64,000 nt of DNA, from assembly GCA_040437565.1 (NCBI GenBank), contig JBDOQK010000006.1, forward strand, positions 124,001-188,000. Direction: 5' to 3'. The notes under the pieces are model-generated. The model was not told the DNA's origin. It did no database searches and saw nothing but the letters and a program-made list of their open reading frames with translations. Positions 47,936-61,855 of the stretch are shown piece after piece. Each line of letters opens with the position of its first letter. Position 1 is the stretch's first letter. A program made the translations under genes and the position numbers. Source of the DNA: Albugo candida (taxonomy: Eukaryota).

Positions 47936-50149
47936 ATGAGCAAAATAAGTCTAGTTGCCACAGCTGGAATCGGTGCTGTAACGGTAGCATCGCTTCTTCT
48001 GGTGAGAAGAAGAGCCTTCCTGTATTCGACGAAAAATCGATTGGTCACGGCACCGAAATTGAAAAAGCGTTCTCATATGGTTCCATTCGGCAAAATCTGT
48101 GGGCAAAACCGCGGTCCAAACCCAATGGATCCCCCGATCTATCTAGAGGATCCTTACCATTACGTAAGGGACGAGTCAAGGTGTAATAAGGAAATCCTCG
48201 ACCATTTACGTGCAGAGAATGCGTATACGGAATCAAAATTGCAGCATTTGAAACCTTTGCAAACGAAAATCTATGAAGAAATCCTGTCGCATGTGCAAGA
48301 AACTGACGAGGATTACCCATACCCTCATGGTCCATATTTGTACTACTACAGAACGGTTAAAGGTAGTTCCTACTCAATTTATTGTCGCAAACCAAGATCA
48401 GGATCTGGCCAAGAAGAGATATTACTTGATCAGAATGAACTTGCACGAGGCAAAGAGTATACGGTGGTAAGAAATATAAAAATCAGTCCGGATCACAAAT
48501 TTCTGGCTTATCTCGTCGACTTCACGGGCAATGAAGTATACACTGGTCAGATCAAAGACTTGTCTACCGGCCAACTTCTTCCAGATCGGCTTGAGAAGAT
48601 AGATTCACTTAGCTGGGGAACGACATCGTCAGTCCTTTTCTACTCAACCACAGATGAGACACTCCGTAGTGACAAGGTCTGGCGATACAATATCGGTCAA
48701 ATGGAAGCCGGGAAGCAAAACATATATAGTGATGACGATGCGCTATACACCGTTTCATTTTGCAAATCAAGAAGTTCAAAGTATCTGTTCATAGAGTCTG
48801 TGAGCAAAGAAACGTCTGAATGCTCAATCCTCTCGCTAGAACAAGCTGATGGAAAGCCTCAGGTGGTCGAGAAACGAAAGGAAGGACTTATGTACACCGT
48901 CACCCATCAAGATCAGTACTTGTACATTGTTACCAACAAGGATCAAGCAACAAACTACAAACTGATGCGCACATCAGTTTCACAGCTGTCGCAGGACCAC
49001 TGGCAAGATGTTTTTCCGTACGATGAAAATGTGAAGCTTGAATATGTCGATTCATTCAAAAACTTCTTCGTTCTATGTGGTCGTCAGCACGGTTTGACTC
49101 AGCTTTGGATTGTGAAGCATGAGTTGGATCTTGCATCTCACGGAACAAAGTATAAACGACAACGCATCACATTTACCGAACCTATCTATACTGTCTCAAG
49201 TAGCGTTAATCGGGAATATGATGCAGCCAAATACCGCTTCACATATTCCTCGATGACAACACCTGAAACCACGTACGATTACGATGTGGAAAGTAACGAG
49301 CACATGCTTTTGAAAGAGCGTTTCGTACCAAATTATGATCGCTCATTATACAAATCGGAGCGTATCATCGCAAAGGCAAGTGATGGAGTCGAAGTGCCTA
49401 TATCAGTGTTATACCGCAAAGATATGCGTACTGGTGATCGCCAACCATTGCATCTGTACGGATACGGGTCTTATGAAATTTCTATAGACCCTGAATTCTC
49501 CGCATCCCTTCTACCTTTATTGGATCGTGGAATCATATACGCTATTGCGCATGTTCGCGGTGGTGGTGAAATGGGCCGTTCTTGGTATAATGATGGCAAG
49601 TTTCTTCACAAGCGCAATACGTTTACCGATTTCATAACATGTGCTGAAACTCTGGTCAAAATTGGGATGACGAGTAGCAGCAAGATGTCTTGCGAAGGAA
49701 GAAGCGCAGGAGGCTTGCTCATTGGTGCGGTTCTTAACCTGCGGCCTGATATCTTCACGGCTGCATTAGCTGGGGTTCCCTTCGTCGATGTCATGAACAC
49801 AATGAGTGATCCAACAATTCCGCTTACCGTTCAAGAATGGCAAGAATGGGGTAATCCGAATGAGACCAAATATTTCGACTACATGCGGAGTTACTCCCCA
49901 TACGACAATATCAAAGCGCAAGCGTATCCGAATATCATAATTACAAGCGGCCTCTACGATCCCCGCGTCATGTACTGGGAGCCAACAAAGTATGTGACAA
50001 AGCTTCGTGCGCTCAAAAGTGACCACAATGAAGTCTTCTTAAAGATGGATCTGGAATCGGGTCACTTTAGTGCCAGTGATCGATACCGAGCCATCAAGGA
50101 ACGAGCTTTTGAGTATGCGTTCATACTCGAACAGCTAAAATGCGTTTAA
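47936..50149 (+). CDS. Oligopeptidase B (protease II, family S9A)
   Basis: EDPY..RD, YGYGSY, HVRGGGE, catalytic GRSAGG, DPRV and GHF; intronless; hydrophobic N-terminal extension. Confidence 0.93.
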   Translation: MSKISLVATAGIGAVTVASLLLVRRRAFLYSTKNRLVTAPKLKKRSHMVPFGKICGQNRGPNPMDPPIYLEDPYHYVRDESRCNKEILDHLRAENAYTESKLQHLKPLQTKIYEEILSHVQETDEDYPYPHGPYLYYYRTVKGSSYSIYCRKPRSGSGQEEILLDQNELARGKEYTVVRNIKISPDHKFLAYLVDFTGNEVYTGQIKDLSTGQLLPDRLEKIDSLSWGTTSSVLFYSTTDETLRSDKVWRYNIGQMEAGKQNIYSDDDALYTVSFCKSRSSKYLFIESVSKETSECSILSLEQADGKPQVVEKRKEGLMYTVTHQDQYLYIVTNKDQATNYKLMRTSVSQLSQDHWQDVFPYDENVKLEYVDSFKNFFVLCGRQHGLTQLWIVKHELDLASHGTKYKRQRITFTEPIYTVSSSVNREYDAAKYRFTYSSMTTPETTYDYDVESNEHMLLKERFVPNYDRSLYKSERIIAKASDGVEVPISVLYRKDMRTGDRQPLHLYGYGSYEISIDPEFSASLLPLLDRGIIYAIAHVRGGGEMGRSWYNDGKFLHKRNTFTDFITCAETLVKIGMTSSSKMSCEGRSAGGLLIGAVLNLRPDIFTAALAGVPFVDVMNTMSDPTIPLTVQEWQEWGNPNETKYFDYMRSYSPYDNIKAQAYPNIIITSGLYDPRVMYWEPTKYVTKLRALKSDHNEVFLKMDLESGHFSASDRYRAIKERAFEYAFILEQLKCV

Positions 50150-51306
50150 TTGGAAAGAAAAGGTAAAGAATTACACTAATAATTCTTTTAGCAGCTTAAT
50201 TGCATCAATTCACATTCAATTCAGTGCATACTGCTTATGTCTTGAAATGTCGTGTCGCCTGAATGACTCATTTGTATAGATTCACCTCGATCCCGGGGCA
50301 TCCGTGTAAGATGATTGTAAATTTTGCTTAAGTTCGACCAGATTATGAATGTCAAAAGTGCGAATTTGCATCAAAGAGCATGTCGAGAAAAAGTTACCTA
50401 ATGACGATAGATGCAAGGTTAGGCGTTGGATCTCCCACTCGAATGCAACCCATATGAATGCTGTATTTGAATTCGATGAGCGAACAAGGTCAAACGATAT
50501 CAATACAAGTATCGTAGCGAGCATTCGAGTGGAAGATGCGAAGCCTAACTCGGCAGTATTTATCCGTTTAACTTAACGTGGTTTCATTACAAAGGCGAAG
50601 TTTGTCGACGTACTCGAGTAATTTATGATGCCGTGGCTTCCGATACGATAATTAGATTTTAGCTTCATAAAGCCTCTTCTGCGTAGAACTCTCAGTCATG
50701 CCGAGTTCGACTTCTGGATTTCATTTTTTCATTACAGGGCAAAGCAGGATTATGTGGTAGAGATTGAGCGATACAATCGAATCGGCACTGCTTTGTAGCA
50801 AGTTCTTCAGCCATTTCGAGCTTCAGTTTCTTTGACAGCGCGCAAAAAGCTGTATGAAAAAAACAGTCCGCATCTCTCTTCTGCCCCAACCTCTCACGTG
50901 ATCTAAAAGCTCTACAGATAAGCAAGAATTTTCATTCTCGTGTTATCGAGAGACAAGTACACATGTTGCATGTGCTTGGCCATCCGCACGTGTTAAGTAT
51001 GTAGTAATTCAACTACTGGAGCAAGACATGCGGAAGCAAAATGTGGCGGTGCACGATTAGAAGGTCATTTCGTGGTAGCTTTTTCCAAAGTGGAGATTTG
51101 AGTTGGCTCAAACGTAATTTAGCATAATGAAAGGGAAACTGATAAAGTCTTCTTTGATACTTTGCAGTATTTTTCGAGTGGAAGATGAGAAGTCTTGATT
51201 CGGAAATATTGACAAGAAAGCCAGTAATGAAGAATTCGACTGCATATCACGAGACCACATCGGCGTAAAATTACTTTTATCGTTTCCTGACACCCAGACA
51301 AGTTAC

Positions 51307-52650
51307 TTAAGATATCTGCAGTGCATTTCCAGTATCAGCTTTACGAGATGGTCGTGTTCTGTTTGAATTTTGAGCACCATTCCGTATTGACTGCGTGAAT
51401 AACCCTAGCTCACCTTTAAATGCATCTCGCTCTAGTGGTTGACTCTCCCATAATAATTCAGTGCACATCTTTACTGCCAGTGATATGTTAAACCGATTCA
51501 AGTAAAAATACTGTAGAGCAATGTCATCAGTTACTGGAGAACATGATTCACTCTTTAACACTTTTCGTATCTCGCCTCTGGAGGTGCAGAGTTCAATTGT
51601 TGCTTGATGCGCATAATACCTGAGTACCAAACATCGCACGTGACCCATACTTGTGGGGCCTTTATGAAAAATTTTGACAATGTTACCAATAGAAAAGCGG
51701 ATGAGATCAACAAGTCCGCGGTAGTGTAGCAGATTTCCTGCATGAAGGGTGAGTACATTGGGACACCACACTTGGATTAGGCTATGTTCCATAGCGGAAG
51801 AAGCCTGCTTGGCTGAAGACGATAAACACTTTTCGCCATTTTTTGGAAGCAAACAGGTTTTTGAGTGCGGTGTAGAAGTGTCGTCTTTCTTTCCGACCAA
51901 GTCAGGAATTGATGCTTGATACTCTTCACCTGTGCGTGTGTAAACTTCTTCTAAATCTGGAAGACCTTGTATGGGCTCGAGAGCATTTTTATTTGTTGCT
52001 CGATTTGGGTAGTACATATATCGGCATACAAAGTACGTTTTTCCTTTCTCCCGAAATCCTCTATCAATTTCACTTTTGATTGTTTCATACTCGGCGGGAG
52101 AGACTATGTAACAAGACCCAATGACTGCGTCAAGACAGTTTTTATCTTTGTGAGGGGACAGAAATACTTCATTTTCTAATATGCCTCCTTCGATAGTCTC
52201 GCGTACTTCTTTTTTAATGTCCTTCGGCTTATAATACCACTGTGCAAGAAATGACCCTGGCTTCCGCCTATCGGATGGTAGTTTGACGGAATTTACTAGC
52301 GCTACGTAGTGCTCATTTGGTATTCCTGAATCCAACAAAACGCAATCTCCAGTTTTCAAATCCACGTATTGCCAAACCTCCCCTTGGTCGCTTGTGGAAT
52401 CATTTGCGCTATCCCGACTACTACTTCTTCGATTTGCTTGACTCTTTTCACCCTTCCATCCTCCCTCTCTTCCTTGAGATGATGATCTAATTGGAGAAGG
52501 GGGTAAGAAAGAATGTGTGCTCTTTTTTTCCGAAGATGCGGATTTTGCACACATTTGATTAGAAGTAGGTTCGGTGCTCTCTATTCCACTTTTTGTTCTT
52601 CGCCTTCTCTCAAAATTTACAGCTGCGGTCCTACGATCTTCTTGTGGCAT
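51307..52650 (-). CDS. BAH- and ELM2-domain chromatin protein
   Basis: LKTGDCVLL...AQWYYKP...ENEVFLS...C.IV (BAH) and TRTGEEYQASIPD (ELM2-like). Confidence 0.75.
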   Translation of the reverse strand: MPQEDRRTAAVNFERRRRTKSGIESTEPTSNQMCAKSASSEKKSTHSFLPPSPIRSSSQGREGGWKGEKSQANRRSSSRDSANDSTSDQGEVWQYVDLKTGDCVLLDSGIPNEHYVALVNSVKLPSDRRKPGSFLAQWYYKPKDIKKEVRETIEGGILENEVFLSPHKDKNCLDAVIGSCYIVSPAEYETIKSEIDRGFREKGKTYFVCRYMYYPNRATNKNALEPIQGLPDLEEVYTRTGEEYQASIPDLVGKKDDTSTPHSKTCLLPKNGEKCLSSSAKQASSAMEHSLIQVWCPNVLTLHAGNLLHYRGLVDLIRFSIGNIVKIFHKGPTSMGHVRCLVLRYYAHQATIELCTSRGEIRKVLKSESCSPVTDDIALQYFYLNRFNISLAVKMCTELLWESQPLERDAFKGELGLFTQSIRNGAQNSNRTRPSRKADTGNALQIS

Positions 52651-55600
52651 TGGTATCCGCACAGAACTGTGAATAACGGAAAGCAAGGGATGGTGTTGAC
52701 ACCTGTTTTCTTTTTCAAGAATGAGGAACACTAAAACGAATCGTCGGGCAGGGTTATAATAATTATGGCCAATCTGTGTAGGGCTAACACTGTGAAACCC
52801 TAATGCTCGAAAGAAGCGATCTAATTACGAGTGGCTGAAAATAGCTATTCCTTCACTGGATTATTTCTCCTCACCAGAATGTAAAGTCTTCGTTGTCGAT
52901 TCTTTCTTATTAATAAATCCATGGAAAGTATTTTGCGACACGCAAGGAAAAAAGTGCATCTAGAATTGAGAGGAGCAGATATCTTTGAAATCTAGTCGCT
53001 ATATTTGTCTTCAAGGTAAAAACTAGGCGTTCGCACTGCTTACATCAGATCTGCCCATTTTTCCCGGTAGTCTGGTCTGTGTGAGTACGTAGAATCCAAT
53101 ACGACTTGCTACAGATATAGCGACATCAAAATGTGTTGAGTTTTCTTGATTGAATTTCCATCAAGACATGATGTTATTGCTCATCATGCTTGTATTGTAA
53201 CTGAATGCCCGCATTCATATCTCGTTTACATCAAGCCAAATTTGGCTGATTGTATGCTTGATTCATTTTGCAGTAGCTCAAATTTTCCTAATCACAGAAG
53301 CTCACATTGATAATAATTCAATACTCCTCACTCAGTTATCTTCTAGGAGGAGAAGAACATGCTTTTTACAGCAAGATTATCCACGCCACGAAGAAATCTT
53401 AAAAAATCACACTTCATGGGAATTGTTTGCCCATTTACCGTCATATGTAATCTTAAGATGTGTCGTTGCACTTTCTATCGATACGATGTTGCAGAAGTCT
53501 CTCGGGTCGCAAGTATTCTTCCTTGTATGTTGAAGAGCTAAATGAAGCCCATGAGGCAAGGCGAATCTAAAACTATCGTAATATCGAATGCGTGTCTCTA
53601 CTCAGCATTTATCCCTTGTGTGTGCTATCAATTTTCTGTTCGACAAAGGAATATTGCATACTACTCAATCTCTATATGGTTCCACACATTGACCAACCAA
53701 GGAGACTTCTCTGCATGGGGAAGTCTAAATATGAAGCTCTAGAAGCATTTAGAAGTCGAAGGTACTCTGCACATCGGGCGGATGACAGAACGACGCTTTT
53801 TAGTGAATGGTTGGCTAGTAGGTTGATGTTGTGGATAAGTACGGAAATTAACGCTAAATTCAGATGCACCCCATAGTCGAAATCTTCTTTCATGTATTCT
53901 AGCATGCAAAACGCTCTAGAATATTTTTCTACAATACAAAAGCTAAGGCCGAAAACGTGCAAAAACCGGTTGGTACTCCAGACCTGCCGATTCGCCCTTC
54001 CATCTCTCGAAATTCGTACTGTCGTATAGCGGAGCGATTGCTGTATATATAGCACCTTTTGTGAGGATAACATTCATACATGGCCTTTACAAAATTTCTT
54101 AACTCGAACAAATCTGATGGTATTGTGCCTCTTGGAGTGAGCAAGAAATCATGATCTAGTTGATCGCGTGAGTTAGCCGAAAGTGCCCTGACGTATATGT
54201 TGCTTGCGCTAGATCTTATACGCGTCTGTTCAATCTGACAAACACTTATACCATTGAGGTACACCAAAGCTTCTTAATCGAAAGTTAGGAGTAGTGAAGA
54301 TTTGCTGGCATTTAGTTTGCACGCTTTCATTTTTACTCAAGATATGCGCTTGATTCATAAAGAGTATGAAAAGTTTGCACTCGTGTGCTCTGCTCACACC
54401 ATCAGTGAAAGATTTATGCAGTTGCTACTTTGTGCTGCATACGGAAATGAATTATGATAAAGAGATGGTCGGATCCAGGCGCACAAAAATACGATTAATT
54501 CTATGCGCATAGCGTATTCTTTACCGCTGCTATAATCGGACTTATAACGCAGAACAGATCCGAGATATAATGGCAGGATCATTCGTATCAAATAAAGCAT
54601 GTCGTTAGCTCCTTGCGTATGCTCTAAAGTATAGAGGCAAAATCTCGACAATAATGGTTGATCTTTCTCCATATCATTCTATAAAAACGCAGTGCGACAC
54701 TAATGTACTTCAGTAGCTGGATCTATCAAATCACAATAAGTGGTAGTCTTTGCACAAACGCATCAGACGCAAGATGTATATCGCCAGTAGTTGACCCCCC
54801 CCCCCTGCGGACTACATTGGATAACAAAGATACATCATCCTTTGTCTCTGCTGATATACTTCTCCTCATATGAGCAATAAGGTTGATGGATACCTTCTAC
54901 TCCATACCGATTCTAAGAAGAGCCAAGTACGATAACACAGTTTCTAGCGGAATTTCTGGCATTCAGTATATGCTCAATGAAATCATTCAATAAGGAGTAA
55001 TAAATTGGCTAAATCGATTAGGGTGACCAGCTCTTTCATTGTCTTATTTTACAAATATTTGACACACTTCTGTGACAAAATTCGCACCGCTAAGTTGGGC
55101 CATTGTAGTTGTATTGAATACGCTAGCTTGTACACTTTGACAGAAGCATTTTCGTTATCTTACGAAGCAGGCGCTCCGTAAGATAAAGAAGGTGAAGAAA
55201 AAATGCAAAGTAGGGCAAAAGAATGGCCGATTGAAGGAGACTTTTGACTGGCACAATCACAACTAATCACGAATACTTTTCTACATTCTTGGTGTCTACA
55301 TTACTTTTCATCTCACAATTGCTGAAAAATATCTAGGTACGAGTAGAAGCTCTCCTTTCTCTCACCGCGAAAACAATAGATGACTGATTGAGAACGCGTC
55401 TGAGAATGTGAAACCTTGGGATTTTTCGGAAGTGCAATTAACGGTTGCATATCGAACATGACGGACGACCGCATTCCTGGTCTACAAAGTTGTTGCACCG
55501 GTGGAGTATGGGATCAACATCTGTCTGAAGTAACCTTCCTACCTACGCGATACATTTTTGAAGAAAAGATCTTCTCACGTGGGATTGAGTCTTCTTATAA

Positions 55601-56292
55601 CGATCAAATTCAAAGTCGGAGCATGTGTGCATCGTTTTAGTGGAGTTGAAATGGAAGGAACCAGGGGCTTGTACACAGGGTTAGTCGCGTTATACCTCTA
55701 GTTCCACTTTGATCTAATGAAGCTACGTATCAGAATTTCAGTAAGCTTTGATGGTACATCTCGTTGGAGATATCGATGCTTTATCATCGATCGGCTTTTG
55801 CGGGCCCACATCTTTCTGAGGTACTCCATCTCAAGTGATCTCGCTAGACAATGCAATAACACTATACGAGAGGAAGAGCGCTATCAATGAAAGCATTGCT
55901 GCTCCACCTCATGCTGATTTTATGCTGGGAGGAGGTTGATGTAACCCTCTTAGTAGAGTCAAACCCAGTGGAGTTTTGTTCAAGTCCATTGCTGAGGCCG
56001 TTTTATCACGAGTTCATAATCCTATATCTAAACTAATTTTTCAATGCTACATTGAGAACTCGACAATGTTACCCTTCCAATTAATCCTACCGTTGAGAAG
56101 CTCAATTAGCATGCCCTCGAGCATATATTTTAAATCATCTAGCTCAGATGTTATAAGTTTCAAGAAATTATCTTCATGCCATGGCCAATTGCATGCTAGT
56201 CTATTGTATTACCTTCGCGTCACATCACGACAAATCGTCGATAGCGTTTCAAGCGAAAGATCGTCTAGGAACAAACCAGAATAATCAAAAGC

Positions 56293-57217
56293 ATGAACGC
56301 TTCGGATGCTGATCGACAAATCAAACAAATGGTGAATTTTATTCTCCAGGAGGCTCGAGAAAAAGCAAATGAAATACGTATCAAAGTGAGGAAACAATTA
56401 AGGGAAGCGCAAGACGCGGATACGGCATACTTATATGTTTAACGTAGACAGAGCATGATTTCAACTTGGAAAAACAAATGCTGGTTCATAATGCCAAATT
56501 GAAGATTCAGGAAGAGTACACCCGCAAGGAAAAAGAACGCGAGATCAACAAGCGAATGTATAATTACGTCTATATCGCCACATCTTGTGATGAGCTGAAC
56601 ATAGCTCGCTATATGTGTTTAGTGCCAGATCAGCCGAGATTGGTGCATCCCGCCGAAAGAAGATGATTGCTCGCGACGAGCTTTTGAAGGTTTGTTGCAT
56701 AAGAGATTGCAGGGTATACCGTGAACTTAGCCGCTAATTTTTGACTTATCAGACTCTTATCAATGATGGCGAAAATATTTTACGTGGTGTTCGTAGTGAT
56801 GAGAGCAAATATAAGTCTATACTGCGAGATTTAATCGTCCAGGTAAGGAAGTTTTATTCTCCGCAATAAAGTTGTTCCTTGAGCAGCCATACACTGTAGG
56901 GCCTCATCAAATTGTACGAACCAGAGGTTGTGCTGGCCGTACGAGCGAAAGACGTCCAGCCTGCCGAGCAAGTTCTCAAAGAAGCAATTGAAAAGTATAT
57001 TTCAATCATGCGCGAAGAAGCAAATTTGGACGTAAGTAAAGTCAAAGTCACTCTTAACAAAGTTGACGACGGAATGGTATCGGAGGACCGACCTGGTGGT
57101 GTCATCTTGTACGCAAAGCAAGGAAAGATTGTTTGCGACAACACGCTAAACACTCGCCTTGATCAGGTTTACTACGACCTTAAACCAACTATTCGGAAAA
57201 TGCTTTTTCCCAACTAG
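56293..57217 (+). CDS. ATP6V1E: V-type H+-ATPase subunit E (5 exons)
   Basis: QIKQMVNFILQEAREKANEI, DFNLEK and GGVIL...KIVCDNTLNTRL; four short GT-AG introns. Confidence 0.93.
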
Positions 57218-57546
57218 ATTTGACGAAACATGCTAATAAAGTTTGTAGATTGCCTGCCAGTAAAAGACCATCCAAAGTGGCGAAAAGGTTGGCCGCTCTT
57301 TGTAGAGACAATAAGCAAATTTGACCAATGAAAGTGATGTTATGTCGATATCACCCACTATCTAATTCGGAGTGACGTGTAACGACATAGGGCAACCGTT
57401 TCACATCCTTCCGCTTAATTTCTCAGTTCGAGTTTCATTCTTTTTATATTCTATCCGATTATATCTGGTCTCTTGTGTGGTATAAGCTCGTATTCCATAC
57501 TTTGTTCGACATAATTGAGTCGTAAAGTTACCACTCACTGCTGGCC

Positions 57547-60500
57547 ATGCCTTCCTTAATTATACGCGAGGGTGCTAGCTCTGAACCGACTACAGAAGCA
57601 ATTCAGCAGAGCGAGCGGTCAGTTAAGCAAGAGAAAAGGTATAGCTTCACTCCCTCGTCCTCTCCACCAGATCCTACCGTCAAACCTCGATCGGCATCGG
57701 TCCTTGTTTCGCCACGTGTTCGTCAATTTCAGCTTCACGATTATGACTCGATTCATTTTGCGAAGAAAAAATTATCAGTGGCATCTTCAGATGGAACGTT
57801 TTCTGCGGAATCTGCTGGTGAAAGTCCAAAGTCAAGCACTACAGGACCGTCATCCGCTGTTAATGGTCCATTCCTAACTGGCCCACTTGCAAAAGAATTC
57901 AGACATCCGGAACCGTTTGACATCCTCTCACCTCGATCTAGAGAGCGAGATGAGATTAGGAAGATAGATTTGCATGCTACTGGCCTCCTCTTCCCTCCTG
58001 CACCTGCTTTCAGCAGCTCAAATGAAATGGAGTTTTATCACCTGTCCTATCTACCCGATCAACAAATACATTCATATACAACAACGATTAATCACACCAT
58101 GCAATGCAATACATCGGAATCGGAAGTGCCAGCCGAACATAAGGACAGCTCCAGTTTACACGTTTCGCATCAGGAAAACGCAGCATCTATTTATTGTGCG
58201 TTGCAAGAAACGGTGGAATACGAGACACTTGCACGCCATTCCGATGAAAAAGTTACACATCAGAGCGATACAAATGTTCTTTCAAGTTCCACATTTCAGT
58301 TGTCGTCGCATGACGAGGTAGCAAATCGTGCATCTACACCAGTCACAACACGAACGATCAATGATAATGAGCCATTTGATAATGAATTTGGCGAGCAAAG
58401 AGTTGTTTCATCAATTGTTGCGCGGGATGTAGCATTTCATGATACGTTTGATCGCGTTACTGTTGGAATGCTGGACGCTATGAAGTCGCTTTTACCACAC
58501 ACTGATGAGAAAATGACACATGCTCAAGTTGAACTCACATGTATTGTTCGCAAAGTCCAGACACAGCTGGAAATTCTCAACTCTGCTAGTCAGCGGATAC
58601 GTACAGATTTTGAGCAAAATACGCGTCGTTTAGTGCAGACAAGTGAGGAGAAACGATTTGCGGAAGCAAAAGTGGAATACTTGGAGCAGATGATTGAACA
58701 GGTGAAAAAAGAACGGGACTCACTACAACAGCAATTGTCGCAAAGTCGGGGAAAAGAAAACCAATTTAAACGCAGTACATTATCCAACATTGAATGCTGC
58801 ATCTCCGATAGTAGAATACAGTCGCTAGACTTGTTGAGCTCATTACAGAAAGACGTTACCTCACTATATAGTGCGGTAGGTGCTATTCCATCACTTGTGG
58901 AGAAGATTGACGAGATACAAAAAGCTCAGGCAGAAGCTCACACAACATTGAGTCGTGTGAGAAGTACAAACTTTGAAGACATAATGCACAGAAATCATTC
59001 GGATACAAATTCCACGAAGGGGTCAGATTCTTCGGGGGGAACAAACTGGCGATTGTACATTACAGTGGTTTTGGTTGGAGTCACGTTCTGGTGCATCACA
59101 TTGTCTAGTATATATATCCTATTTCAATACGCACTAATGCCGCAGATGCATCAACAAGGGAAGTTTACAGGCTTAGAAGCAACAAATCCAACACAAAATT
59201 CGATGATCCAGGCATCTATGTCCGGAATCAAAGTCTCAGACCCGTTCTTACATCATGATGGAGAAAGTTCTGGTGACGAAATGTGTATTGCTGATCCAGA
59301 ACGATTCAATCCAACCGCCACCTCTTGTAGTGGGATTGTAGCTAAGAAAACTTTACCGATAAAGAACATGGACTCTNNNNNNNNNNNNNNNNNNNNNNNN
59401 NNNNNNNNNNNNNNNNNNNNNNNNNNNNNNNNNNNNNNNNNNNNNNNNNNNNNNNNNNNNNNNNNNNNNNNNNNNNGATGTAGCATTTCATGATACGTTT
59501 GATCGCGTTACTGTTGGAATGCTGGACGCTATGAAGTCGCTTTTACCACACACTGATGAGAAAATGACACATGCTCAAGTTGAACTCACATGTATTGTTC
59601 GCAAAGTCCAGACACAGCTGGAAATTCTCAACTCTGCTAGTCAGCGGATACGTACAGATTTTGAGCAAAATACGCGTCGTTTAGTGCAGACAAGTGAGGA
59701 GAAACGATTTGCGGAAGCAAAAGTGGAATACTTGGAGCAGATGATTGAACAGGTGAAAAAAGAACGGGACTCACTACAACAGCAATTGTCGCAAAGTCGG
59801 GGAAAAGAAAACCAATTTAAACGCAGTACATTATCCAACATTGAATGCTGCATCTCCGATAGTAGAATACAGTCGCTAGACTTGTTGAGCTCATTACAGA
59901 AAGACGTTACCTCACTATATAGTGCGGTAGGTGCTATTCCATCACTTGTGGAGAAGATTGACGAGATACAAAAAGCTCAGGCAGAAGCTCACACAACATT
60001 GAGTCGTGTGAGAAGTACAAACTTTGAAGACATAATGCACAGAAATCATTCGGATACAAATTCCACGAAGGGGTCAGATTCTTCGGGGGGAACAAACTGG
60101 CGATTGTACATTACAGTGGTTTTGGTTGGAGTCACGTTCTGGTGCATCACATTGTCTAGTATATATATCCTATTTCAATACGCACTAATGCCGCAGATGC
60201 ATCAACAAGGGAAGTTTACAGGCTTAGAAGCAACAAATCCAACACAAAATTCGATGATCCAGGCATCTATGTCCGGAATCAAAGTCTCAGACCCGTTCTT
60301 ACATCATGATGGAGAAAGTTCTGGTGACGAAATGTGTATTGCTGATCCAGAACGATTCAATCCAACCGCCACCTCTTGTAGTGGGATTGTAGCTAAGAAA
60401 ACTTTACCGATAAAGAACATGGACTCTGAGCAATTAGAGGGGCGATACCAAGCGACCAATGATGACGATGTTAGTAAATCGCACGTCTTAAAAGACGAAC

Positions 60501-61765
60501 AGATCTTGCAATCCAAACTTAAATGGCAACAAACACTCTTTATTGCTCTTGGTCATTTTCATGATCAATTTTTCAGTCGAACAAAGTCGCATTTATTAAA
60601 TTTTGGAAGTAGCTGGAGCTGGCATCCAGACCTATCGGAACAACTTTTTCGGGCACTTGGAAGATTGACACATGCACTTAAAGCATTAACTGGAACCTAC
60701 AGCTCTATCACAAATGGGAACGTTACCAAGCATGAGATATCTGGGGATGGAATGTCTGGCGAACTTGTAAATAATCAGCCAGACAATGTTAATCCGGAAT
60801 CTGACAATACGAGTATTGACAGTTTGCTGAATGTACATTCCAATTCGTCTATCGCGACTTTAATGCATAGTTTTGTGAATGAAGAAGACTCGGAGGCAAA
60901 CTTGACTCGCAGGAGTACGCACACCGTAAGCCAGATCCTCGTTGATGGATTGAGGAACAAAAATACAAAAGTTAGCAAAGTTCTGGGTCTGAGCGAAGAA
61001 CGTTGTACGGAAAAGAATCCGATATGTACATGGTACGATTTCTTCACGATCTATACTGTGCCAGTGAAAATCTCTGCTGTCAAAGACCAAGCTGACCCGG
61101 TATATGATCTAAACAAAATGGGCAGCAAGAAGTCAGTTGTGAGTCATGTTAAAATCAGGACCACTTGGGACAATAAATCAATCTGCTCTTTTAGTGATCA
61201 ACCGGTGTCACACAGGTTACCTGATGATACTTTTTCACCACGCAGTTATGATCAACGTACGACGAATGTCAAGGCCGCAATGCGGGGTGATAAATTGCCC
61301 TTGGATGAAGGATCGGATGATCAATACTCAATCGCTGAATTAAAAGCGCTGTCCGACAAAAGTAATGCAATTTCAGCGCTAAAGGGGCAAAATCTGGATG
61401 ATATATGGCGTGGCGAGGGCCTTGATATATGGCAAAGCGTCAATGTTTTTAAAACAACGCTCCAGAAGGATTTGTCATCTGCAAGTGCCGACGGTGATGA
61501 AGAAGAGTCTAGCCAAATTGTAGAAAAGCGATTTGACAGCGATGGCTCAAGTACGGCAATGTCCTCATCCGGAGAATCAGAGCAGTCGTATTGCCCTTTG
61601 AAGACTCCATTTCCTACAAACGCGAACGAACTTTGCTCGACATCTAGTCCGGCTCTCGTATCGGGGACCGAGTTATCGGGTGCGCCCATCACCAAACCGA
61701 TCGGAGCTATCGGTAATCTAGCTGCATCACTTGTTTCAATGGTTCGAGATCCCGATCAGCACTAG
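57547..61765 (+). CDS. Hypothetical single-pass membrane protein with coiled coil (~1055 aa after collapsing the gap-flanking duplicate)
   Basis: Two ORFs share a 951-bp block (58426-59376 = 59477-60427) across a 100-N gap. Coiled coil (...EQMIEQVKKERDSLQQQL) and TM segment (LYITVVLVGVTFWCITLSSIYILF). Confidence 0.7.
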
Positions 61766-61855
61766 AGACGTCACTCCCAGGTCAAGTCTAGCGGCGATGG
61801 CTCGGTGAGAACAATTTTGAGCTGCATTACTAATTATCGCAGAATAGTATTACGA

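Noticed and set aside
53258-54700. Cluster of 60-130 aa ORFs, considered as a CCG/CHxC effector remnant
   Set aside because: No signal peptide, no intact CxxC...G motif and no recognisable homology.
58426-60427. Apparent 951-bp tandem duplication giving two paralogous ORFs
   Set aside because: Identical copies directly abut a 100-N gap; unmerged contig overlap.
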